A stretch of DNA of 61,293 bases from Alloascoidea hylecoeti (Eukaryota). Where the stretch lies: NCBI GenBank assembly GCA_001600815.1, contig BCKZ01000025.1, positions 186,001 through 247,293 of the forward strand. Direction: 5' to 3'. The translations under genes were made by a program, and so were the position numbers. The notes below the pieces were generated by a model. The model made no database searches. It was not told the DNA's origin and worked only from the letters and a program-made list of their open reading frames with translations. Positions 35,643 through 44,842 of this stretch are shown in pieces (the first letter of the stretch is position 1; every line of letters starts with the position of its first letter).

Positions 35643-37832
35643 ATGCAACAGAACTACGCCCGGGAAGTCACGGAGCTGTCCACGCGTCTGATGGCCGCAC
35701 TGGAGAGCGAGGCCCATCTGAAGGAACAGGTCTCCGTTCTGTCCGAGTCCCACGGCCACGACTGCGAGCGAATAACGGCTCTGGAGGCTGTGGAGCAGGA
35801 GTACCAGCGCAAGGTGGAAAACGGGGAGCTCATCCACAAAAAGGCGTTCGAGTACCAGATCCAGCAGTACAAGCTCAAGTACGAGCATGCGGCGGAGGCG
35901 CAACGGGTGGCCGAGGCTGAGGTCAAACGGGTGGGCTCCGAGGTCGAGGAACTCACCAGCAGATTGTTCGAGGAAGCGGGGGAAATGGTGTCGAAGGCCC
36001 GTCACGAACAGAGCAGACTGAAAGACAGAAACCAACAACTGCTGGGGATCATCAAAGAACGCGACCTGCTGCTGGGTAGTCTGCAACAACAACTGCGCGA
36101 GCTCAAAGAGTCCATTTCCAGCATGGATGGCAACGCACCCTCGTCTCCTTCCCCGCTCCACACGCACCCCAACTCTCCCCTCGTGCATGTGACTCCCTCG
36201 AAGAGACAGTTCCAGGCCCTCGCACACGTGCCGTCCCTCTTCGTTCCTCCGCTGCGATACGACATGCCATCTTTTTACGACCTCATTGCTATCTACCAGA
36301 ACGGCTCTATTCCTTCCTCGCCAGTCCCGTCCCAAACCCCCGCTGAGGTCAAACGGACCTCGCTGCTCCGCCGCAACTCGTCCATCAGTAACTTCATCCA
36401 TTCCCGCACCCATTCCGCCCAAAACAGTATTTCTTCAATCTCTCCTCCTTCGGTTTCTTCAGCCACTTTCCCTCCTTACCCGGCCTCCTCCTCCAATACC
36501 CACACCCTCAACTTAAAAGATACAAAGTTCGTTAAGAATTGTTTGGTTGAAGATGTTGAACCAACCTTAAGATTAGACCTAGCTGCCGGCTTTTCTTGGT
36601 TGATGAAACGTTCCATTACTAATCAAATCATTGAAGGAAAAGTCATTATTGAACCAATCATCAATAACAATATTACTACTACCCCATGTTCAATGTGTTC
36701 AGAATCAAGAGATACTCCCCAATATCAAAGATCTCATATCTTACGTTTAAATAATCAAAATAAACGAAATTCTTCTTCAACTGATAATAATTTTTATCCA
36801 TTATGTTCATATTGTTTATATCGTTTAAGATCTGTTTGTAATTTCTTTGCATTTTTAAGATCTATAAGAGATGGTTTTTTTAAATGTATTAATATTGAAC
36901 AACAACAAAAAGCATGGGATGAATGTTGTAATATTAGGCTAGAAATGTTTTGGTCAAGAATTGGTATTAATTCAAATTATAATGATGAATTAAAAGATGA
37001 AATAATAAGAAGGAAAAATATTTATTCAAGAGGTAATATTAAACATCATAGATCAAGAAATTTTAGTAATGATACTGTTGAATTATTATTTGGAATGGGT
37101 GAAGAAGGTGAAATTGAAGGATTTGATGAAATTACTCATATCATTTCAAATGAATCTCCAAAATCTTCAGAATCTTCAAATTCTCAAGAATCTCCAGAAT
37201 CCCCAGAAGCTCCAGAATATCCAATAGGATCTTCAATATCACCAGTAGAATCATCAGGATCGCCAGAAAAATCACCTGAAGATAGAAATGAATCACCAAT
37301 AAGTCCAAATGGAAATGAAAATGATACTGATTCAAGTTCAACAAATACTCTACGTTCAAATAATCCAGGTCCATCTAAACTTCAAGATATAACAATAACA
37401 AATGAAAATTTACATTTACATGAAATTGACTCAAATTCTTCAAATGATTATAATGATAATGATAATGATCGAACTTTAAAAAATTCAACTGAAGATATGA
37501 ATTTATCAAAAATTATACAAAATCATAATAATGAACAAGAAAATGAAACTACAAATATAAATAATAATAATATCTATACCCTTTCAAAAATCAATGAAAA
37601 TGAAAATTCAATACATACAATAAATGAAATTGAATCAATTGAAACAGATGATGATTTTAAAAGTATTGAAGGAAGTATTAATCATGAAGATAAAAATGAA
37701 ATTGAAATCCAACAAAAAAATAATGATTTATTAAATCATTTAATAAATGTAAACCCTTTACAGATTCAAAATGATCATGAAAATAAATCAATTGAAAAGA
37801 AAGAAATGAACACTATTAAATTACGAATTTAA
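35643..37832 (+). CDS. SEC2: Rab GEF Sec2
   Basis: coiled coil with EVEELTSRLFEEAGEMV, EDVEPTLRLDLA, Cys motifs CSMC / YPLCSYC, RLEMFWSRIG. Confidence 0.9.
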   Translation: MQQNYAREVTELSTRLMAALESEAHLKEQVSVLSESHGHDCERITALEAVEQEYQRKVENGELIHKKAFEYQIQQYKLKYEHAAEAQRVAEAEVKRVGSEVEELTSRLFEEAGEMVSKARHEQSRLKDRNQQLLGIIKERDLLLGSLQQQLRELKESISSMDGNAPSSPSPLHTHPNSPLVHVTPSKRQFQALAHVPSLFVPPLRYDMPSFYDLIAIYQNGSIPSSPVPSQTPAEVKRTSLLRRNSSISNFIHSRTHSAQNSISSISPPSVSSATFPPYPASSSNTHTLNLKDTKFVKNCLVEDVEPTLRLDLAAGFSWLMKRSITNQIIEGKVIIEPIINNNITTTPCSMCSESRDTPQYQRSHILRLNNQNKRNSSSTDNNFYPLCSYCLYRLRSVCNFFAFLRSIRDGFFKCINIEQQQKAWDECCNIRLEMFWSRIGINSNYNDELKDEIIRRKNIYSRGNIKHHRSRNFSNDTVELLFGMGEEGEIEGFDEITHIISNESPKSSESSNSQESPESPEAPEYPIGSSISPVESSGSPEKSPEDRNESPISPNGNENDTDSSSTNTLRSNNPGPSKLQDITITNENLHLHEIDSNSSNDYNDNDNDRTLKNSTEDMNLSKIIQNHNNEQENETTNINNNNIYTLSKINENENSIHTINEIESIETDDDFKSIEGSINHEDKNEIEIQQKNNDLLNHLINVNPLQIQNDHENKSIEKKEMNTIKLRI

Positions 37833-38558
37833 AAAAATTTAAAAATGCAAAACAATAAACTTATTCATCATTCATTATATATAAATAATTATAAATATGA
37901 TTATAAATTAACAAAAAATCAACAACAACAACCAATTCATTATAAAAGAAGGATTGTATGACACTTCTTTTACTCCTTAAAAAATTTCATTTAATTATTC
38001 TAAATTTCATTCATCAAAATAATATCATTAATATAATTTCGTTTTATCTTAAAATTATGAAATATTCTATCATAAAATTGATCTTTTATTTTTTCTAATA
38101 TGATCATGATTGTTTTAATTAAATTTGTTTATATTTCATATTTATCATTTATTATTACCCCATCTTATTTTTTTTAAACAAAAAGTATATATATCGCTTT
38201 AAATTTATTATAGTATTTTAATCTTGTTCAAAACAGTATTGTCATTTATTATATAATTTGAATTTTTTCATCATCATTTTGTTTATTAGGTATATCAAAA
38301 ATAATGCCGTGTTTTTTTTTCTTTGGCATGTCAAGTACTAATTCTTTTTATCAATTCTTTTATCAATTTTGGTATATTTTCTTTGTTCTTAAAATGAGTT
38401 TTGAAGTTACAATTAGAATAGAATATAATAATACACATAATATAAGGGCCTTATATTCATAAAATAACATAAAGTGAACCATAACATATGCGCATATGGT
38501 GTACGGGGACCATTTAAAATACAACTTTTAGGGAAAATATATAAGTTTTCAACAACCC

Positions 38559-38723
38559 NNNNNNNNNNNNNNNNNNNNNNNNNNNNNNNNNNNNNNNNNN
38601 NNNNNNNNNNNNNNNNNNNNNNNNNNNNNNNNNNNNNNNNNNNNNNNNNNNNNNNNNNNNNNNNNNNNNNNNNNNNNNNNNNNNNNNNNNNNNNNNNNNN
38701 NNNNNNNNNNNNNNNNNNNNNNN
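38559..38723. other. assembly gap (165 N)
   Basis: N run ending 20 bp from the stop codon of the kinase-like gene. Confidence 0.99.
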
Positions 38724-38742
38724 GTCCCGCACTATTGTTAAA

Positions 38743-40686
38743 TTATAAGGATGGCTCTATCCTTCTCCTTTTTATTCTCTGATCTTTCTCTTTCTCTACC
38801 TTTTCATTTTCTTGTTTTTCCCTTTCTTTCTTTTCTTCTATTGCTTCCTCCTCGAGTCTTCCTAATTTCTNTTTATCCCTACTCGTTAGATNCNCAAANA
38901 TAATCATCGTANCCCAAGTGTCTTCAACAATNCTACCAAAGCCGAAATCAAAAAAATATACTTCTCCTTGGGAGGTGACTTTTATGTTAGGTAATCTTAT
39001 ATCACCATGTGCTATACCTTCATTATGTAATGTATCTAAGTTGTCACTCGCTTTTTTGTATATTTCTTCTTTTGAGAAATCAGGTGTTTCTCCTTCAATG
39101 AATTCTAAAAGAAGAAATAAACCACCACTAACAATGTTATTATTATCATCAAATAAGGTGCAAAAGCCTACTCCATAGATATTAGGAACGATCTTCTGAA
39201 NTTTTTTCTTCTTCNGAATTGTGTCGTAAACCCTGAGTTCGTCATCAAAATTCTCGAAACAAAAGNNCGTCATCTTAGTTAACCGATCGGTCNTATATCT
39301 CGCCGTATTCACAGGATCTANAATCTTTAAGACATACTTTTTTCCATCGGGGAGGTCAAAGCATTGGTCTTTTCCACCAGTAGCTTTGGAAAATGATTCT
39401 TTTCCAAATCGTAGAACCTGTGATAGGTAAGATCCAGACTCTGAATATTGAAGATGATCTTCTTCGGGTATTGAATCGAATTTGATTTGTAAATCAATTT
39501 GACATTTACCTCTTTCACACCATTCTTTATACGTATAATATGAATTAATGAATAATTCTTTCATTCNACGTCTAGATTCAGCTTCCACTTCATTTATTTC
39601 GCTTTCTGTCTTACATAAAGAGTCTGCTAGTATTTCCATTTTTCTTTCCACTTTTTCTCTAGTGTTAGACGCAAAAAAATCAATAGCTATTTTTATAAAA
39701 GCCATAAAATGTAGTAATACTTGTTGATCTGTGTTTCTCATAATATNATATTTAATTTTTAATTGCTTATAAGGTTTTTTATCTTCATCAAAAAAAGTTG
39801 GATATTTTTCTTCACCTTCCTCATTTTCTTCATCTATATAAAGTTCTATAAAAAATATTATAAAACCATCACTTAGGAAGCCGAATGGTGTCNNAAATGA
39901 TATGCATTTATGGATGAGTTCATTGACTATTTCTTTGAATGCTAAGCTTNGCACAAACTCATTGAAGTTGCCCACCATAGCTGACAACATTGGTCTTTTT
40001 ATTTCTAATGTTATCAAGGTTTTATCTTTAAAACTAAAAACATGTTCTGGTATTGTTATTAAATCGACAATTTTACCTCTTAGTTTATGAATCAGACCAG
40101 TTTCTCTATTATAACNTAGTTCCAAATCTTNAGAATTAGTTAATAAATTAAAAATTTNACTGCCAGGTNTAAATAATTTGTNANACAAAACATCGTAAAC
40201 ATCAAATTCATTAAGTTCAGTTCGGATGCGCAACCCCCCGTANAATATCATCCGCAAATGANAATTAAACTCAGACTTTTCAGGGTCGTCAGTTTGTAAA
40301 ACTCTCTTCTCCACCCACTGTTGTTGCACACTAAAATCTAGCTCTTTCCCAAGAGTAAATAAAATTGGGTGGAAGTAATCAGAAATTCTATTTGTTTTGG
40401 TACCTCTAAAACCTGTACCTCTTATCTCTGTGGCTGTACCTTGAGGACGCTTTTGAAACAAACCCGTCATCGGTATGTTGAATAAAAGGGTTCTTAATAT
40501 AACTTCTCTGCTATGCCGGAGTACTTTTGAGTACGAAAGCTCCTCCAATTGTTCTAAATTTTCCTCTTTGCTGAGATCACCAAAAAATTTCTTCATGTCC
40601 ATTTCGTATAAGTGATCACCATTTTCCCTAATTTTTTCATCAACTTCTTTTTCAAAGCATTTAAATTTTGATTCAATAGTCTCCAT
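38743..40686 (-). CDS. putative PD-(D/E)xK-like nuclease + minimal protein-kinase-fold protein, copy 1
   Basis: kinase motifs YVLKI, DELRVY, LLLEFIEG, LHNEGIAHGDIRLPNI, FFDFGFG; central IPEHVF..ITLEIKRP..PFGFLSDG; charged tail ending RIKRRRI; 25 isolated N bases. Confidence 0.75.
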   Translation of the reverse strand: METIESKFKCFEKEVDEKIRENGDHLYEMDMKKFFGDLSKEENLEQLEELSYSKVLRHSREVILRTLLFNIPMTGLFQKRPQGTATEIRGTGFRGTKTNRISDYFHPILFTLGKELDFSVQQQWVEKRVLQTDDPEKSEFNXHLRMIXYGGLRIRTELNEFDVYDVLXXKLFXPGSXIFNLLTNSXDLELXYNRETGLIHKLRGKIVDLITIPEHVFSFKDKTLITLEIKRPMLSAMVGNFNEFVXSLAFKEIVNELIHKCISFXTPFGFLSDGFIIFFIELYIDEENEEGEEKYPTFFDEDKKPYKQLKIKYXIMRNTDQQVLLHFMAFIKIAIDFFASNTREKVERKMEILADSLCKTESEINEVEAESRRXMKELFINSYYTYKEWCERGKCQIDLQIKFDSIPEEDHLQYSESGSYLSQVLRFGKESFSKATGGKDQCFDLPDGKKYVLKIXDPVNTARYXTDRLTKMTXFCFENFDDELRVYDTIXKKKKXQKIVPNIYGVGFCTLFDDNNNIVSGGLFLLLEFIEGETPDFSKEEIYKKASDNLDTLHNEGIAHGDIRLPNIKVTSQGEVYFFDFGFGXIVEDTWXTMIXFXXLTSRDKXKLGRLEEEAIEEKKEREKQENEKVEKEKDQRIKRRRIEPSL

Positions 40687-40980
40687 TTTGAAAAGAAAAG
40701 GAAAGAAAAGGAAAGAAAAGGAAAGAAAAGGAAGTTGAATAAAAGACGCAAAGGAAGAAGAAATTTAAGGTTTCGAGGAGGTTGCTTTTCTTTAGACTAG
40801 AATCCTATAATAGAAGCCAAGATTCTCTACAACTAAAATTCTATTTCTATTCCGTAAATACTCCACATAACAATGGTAACCATTTTATCAGTGTCAATGT
40901 GAATTTATCAAGTATTGATCATGATATTCTCTTATTCATTTAATTGTTTTAGATTTTATCGGGATTCTTGACCAATCTTG
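40687..40980 (-). repeat. upstream flank duplicated with the kinase-like gene (matches 60516-60804), including a (CTTTTCTTTC)x4 leader
   Basis: reverse complement aligns out to caagattggtcaagaatcccgataaaa, then similarity stops. Confidence 0.9.
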
Positions 40981-42077
40981 TAGCCTCTTGGGTTCCACAC
41001 ACACAATTTGTTCTTAAGAGAAGAATTCGAATATTTATCAAAACTACTAAGATCCTAGATAGTTTCATTTTGTGTTTTGACAGTAGATAATAAGGGTCTC
41101 TTCCCCCATTCGAAGCTATTTTAGTTTGGAAGGAACGACTGAGTTAAAGTATGAGTGGGGTTGAATACGTTATATATGATCGTAGAATACCATAATTATG
41201 CGCTGGACATATATAGCTGAAGTGATTGATAAATTAATATCTGGTATTGGTGTTATGCTTCTGTTTGCTGTTCCGCAGTGTTTGAACTTTGAACTATGCG
41301 TAGTAGGAAATTGGGGTCGAACTTGAAGTTATATATAGCACTGTGATAAAATGAGATTGGTCCTGTAATTTCATATATACTACTAATTTAATAGAGGAGA
41401 TAAGTCAAAATCAATTATAGTGTCATGTTTATTGAGCTATCCACTAACATGAATATTATAAGATTTTGAATAAAACTATCATCATGAGTTCTCAGCCATA
41501 AGCATAGACATTTCCTTACCATCTCAGAAAATAATTATTGTAGACGTTCTTCTTCAGAAAACACATATAACATTAAACAAAACCAATGACAAAATTAGTA
41601 AAATAAGATAAATCTTTTTGAATAAACTATTAGTTAAAATTTAAAGATATCTCATACCTAATTATTCCAATTTGGAAACTACAACCAAAAACTCTTCATA
41701 AAAATTCTCAATCCTATTGTTATAGGCTATATCGGTAGCTTCAAGTTATATCCATGATCTTGAATCTCCCATTTGGTTGAAGTGACCATCAATAATATTA
41801 TATAACTTATACTTTTTAACAAACTAAACGAATGTTCTGTAACTCCTGATAGAATGCACAACTCACCATAAACCCTTGAAAAGTAAACTTTTGTGATGAG
41901 CCATCAGTAGATTAGCTAAATGTGAGCACAGATTCGTCCCCGAAGCACTGAATAAAAAAAAAGCTGGACTTCAATAAGAAGGGGTAGTTATGAATACAAT
42001 ACACGATAACAACATACCATAATCAAATCAGTCGACCCTTAGAATCCGGTTTGCCTGAAGGAGCTTTAACATTATAT

Positions 42078-42304
42078 TGTCAGGTTCTCAGGTATCAATT
42101 GTAACTTAAAGTATAGCTACCCGGCTATGAAAGCCTATATAAATAGTAAGTAGTTTCCTCTTTTTATAAGATAAGTTATTTTCACTTCAGCTAAATTATC
42201 GCTATATCCTTACATGGGGGCCGAGCTGGGAAATACTATTTATATAGGCTTTCATAGCCGGGTAGCTATACTTTAAGTTACAATTGATACCTGAGAACCT
42301 GACA
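42078..42304. mobile_element. 227-bp foldback/MITE-like element, TGT...ACA ends, perfect 71-bp TIRs, 5-bp TSD TATAT
   Basis: 42078-42148 is the exact reverse complement of 42234-42304; tatat at 42073-42077 and 42305-42309. Confidence 0.85.
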
Positions 42305-42528
42305 TATATCATACAGTCAGATACAGTAAATTTGTTTTACATTGATGGGGAAAAAAACATAATTGAACGAAAGAAGGTTCCATGGGGGAAAATAATTTAT
42401 AACTTAACTTACGATTAATACGAAATACCGTAAAGATTGTGTAGCTTAGGCATGCAATTTGTGTTTTCTGGAGAAATGTTAAAATAAAACATTTTCATTA
42501 TATTCATATGAATAATCTAGACCAATTC

Positions 42529-42603
42529 AATATATATGTTTACAATATATATGTTTACAATAAATATGTTTACAATAAATATGTTTACAATAAATATGTT
42601 TAC
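42529..42603 (+). repeat. 15-bp minisatellite x5 (AATAWATATGTTTAC)
   Basis: direct reading; every unit contains TGTTTAC. Confidence 0.9.
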
Positions 42604-43055
42604 ATGTAAACCACATGTAATTATGACAAATGGATACAATATAATAAAATATAGTTTTAATTATACCTGACAAGTTTGATATTAATTATACGTTTATTGT
42701 GTGCTTGTTCCCGAGTGTAGTTGTATATTTAGGGTTAATATTAATCTTGATCCTTCTGTATTTTACCAATTAATTTGAGACGGCTGAGCGAACATTATGG
42801 CGATTAATTTCTAAAATAAATCACTAATATTTTTGTAATGTGTCACTCGCAATCGGTGAAAAAAACTACCAACTAAACTACCACAAATTGACCCGGTAAC
42901 ATTTCTTACATCACATTACTGTATTATTATATCTGTTTCAACTTCACAAGTTATAATTAAGACAGCACGATTTATATATAACCCTACAAACGTACCAATA
43001 ATTATCACAAACATAACATTAACTAAGTTTTGAAGTTTCGGGAATATCACATCAA

Positions 43056-44732
43056 ATGGCAAGTGTATCATTCGGCCATCTTGCCGCTGGACCTAATGAC
43101 CAACATGCTTCAAATATGTCTTTAGCTTCTCTATTATCTGAAGAGGAAGAAACAGTGGGCACTTCTCGGGATAGTTTTGCAACAGATAGAGATGATCTTA
43201 GCTCATTACATTTTGATGATGATGATGCTTTTGAAGAAGAGGTATTATTAAATGATGATGACAATGAAAACTATCATTTAGCAAGTAACAATAATGAATT
43301 ATTAGAAGGTTTAACAGAGGAATCTTCTAAAAGTAATATGAAAATGGCTTTTATGAATATGGCTAATAGTATTATTGGAGCTGGTATTATTGGACAACCG
43401 TATGCAATTCGACAATGTGGTTTATTAACCGGTGTTATAATGCTTGTTGTTTTAACAGTAGTGGTGGATTGGACAATAAGGTATATTTCATTAACTGTCG
43501 CTAATATTCTATCAGATTAAATTTTAACTTTGAAAATATAGACTTATCGTGGTGAATGCAAAATTATCAGGAACAAACTCATATCAAGCAACAGTTAGTC
43601 ATTGCTATGGGAAGGTAGGGCGATATACGGTCTTAATTGCCCAAGGTGCTTTTGCATTCGGTGGGGCAATGGCATTTTGTGTTATAATCGGTGATACCTT
43701 CCCTCATGTTTTGAATTCTTTTTTCCCAAACTTTCATACTATCCCAGTAATTGGTTGGTTAAGTAAACGAAATGTATTAATTTCATTATTAACAATGGGG
43801 ATATCTTATCCATTATGCTTGAATAGAGACATTTCAAAGGTATGATTTATTCATCCAAGTTTTATATTTTATGGAACTAACTATTTGTTAAAATAGCTGG
43901 CAAAAGCAAGCGGGTTTGCGTTAATAAGTATGCTAGTAATCGTGCTGATTGTACTGGTTAGAGGACCCCGAATGCCAGAAGAATCTAAAGGGAAGTTTTC
44001 ACCTTCCAGTTTGATTATCAATACAGGTGTTTTCCAAGGAATAAGTGTAATATCATTTGGTAAGTTTTATTCAATCAATTTTTAAATTTTTTTTAATGCT
44101 GATGATAGTTATAATTTATAGCACTTGTCTGTCATCACAACTCACTATTAATCTATGGATCATTAAAAAAACCGACCCTTAATAGATTTGCAACAGTAAC
44201 ACATTGGAGTACTGGTATTTCAATGATAATTTGTATAACAATTGGTGTAGCTGGTTTTACTACATTTAAAGATAAAACGAAGGGAAATTTACTAAATAAT
44301 TTTGCAGCTGATGATATTGCTGTTAATATTGCAAGACTTTGTTTTGGTTTAAATATGCTTACAACTTTCCCATTGGAAATATTTGTTTGTCGTTGTGTGC
44401 TGGAAGATTTAATCAGTCCTGGTCATACATTTAGTACAAGAAATCATTTCTTAATTACAACATTACTTGTTATATTAGCAATGTCTGTATCATTATTCAC
44501 TTGTAATTTAGGGATCATTCTGGAATTGGTTGGATCATCAACAGCTTGTTTAATGGCTTATATTTTACCTCCATTATGTTATATTAAACAAGTTAAAAAT
44601 AAGAAAAAATGGGAACGAATTCCATCTTTTGCATGTATTGGATTTGGTATCATGGTTATGGTTATTTCTACTGTACAAAGCATTCAAGGATTGTTTACGT
44701 CTAATGGTGAACAAGATCATTGTGTTGTATAA
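43056..44732 (+). CDS. AVT2: vacuolar amino acid transporter AVT2, 4 exons: 43056-43480, 43542-43839, 43897-44059, 44122-44732 (498 aa)
   Basis: AFMNMANSIIGAGIIGQP; GT..AG introns of 61, 57 and 62 nt restore DWTIRLIVVNAKLSG, RDISKLAKAS and SFALVCHHNS in frame. Confidence 0.9.
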
Positions 44733-44842
44733 TCTGATATACAAGATGATATTATATAAAATGAAAATGATAGCCATATAATAATATATAGCTATTTGGG
44801 TGGGGCAATTTATTGTCATTATTTATAATTATAGGGTTATTA

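Noticed and set aside
35172..36516. Overlapping 76-275 aa ORFs on alternative frames and strands around the BNI1/SEC2 starts
   Set aside because: Expected by-product of the GC island (few stop codons); no recognisable motifs
38474..38782. ORFs spanning the N gap
   Set aside because: Open only because N codons contain no stops
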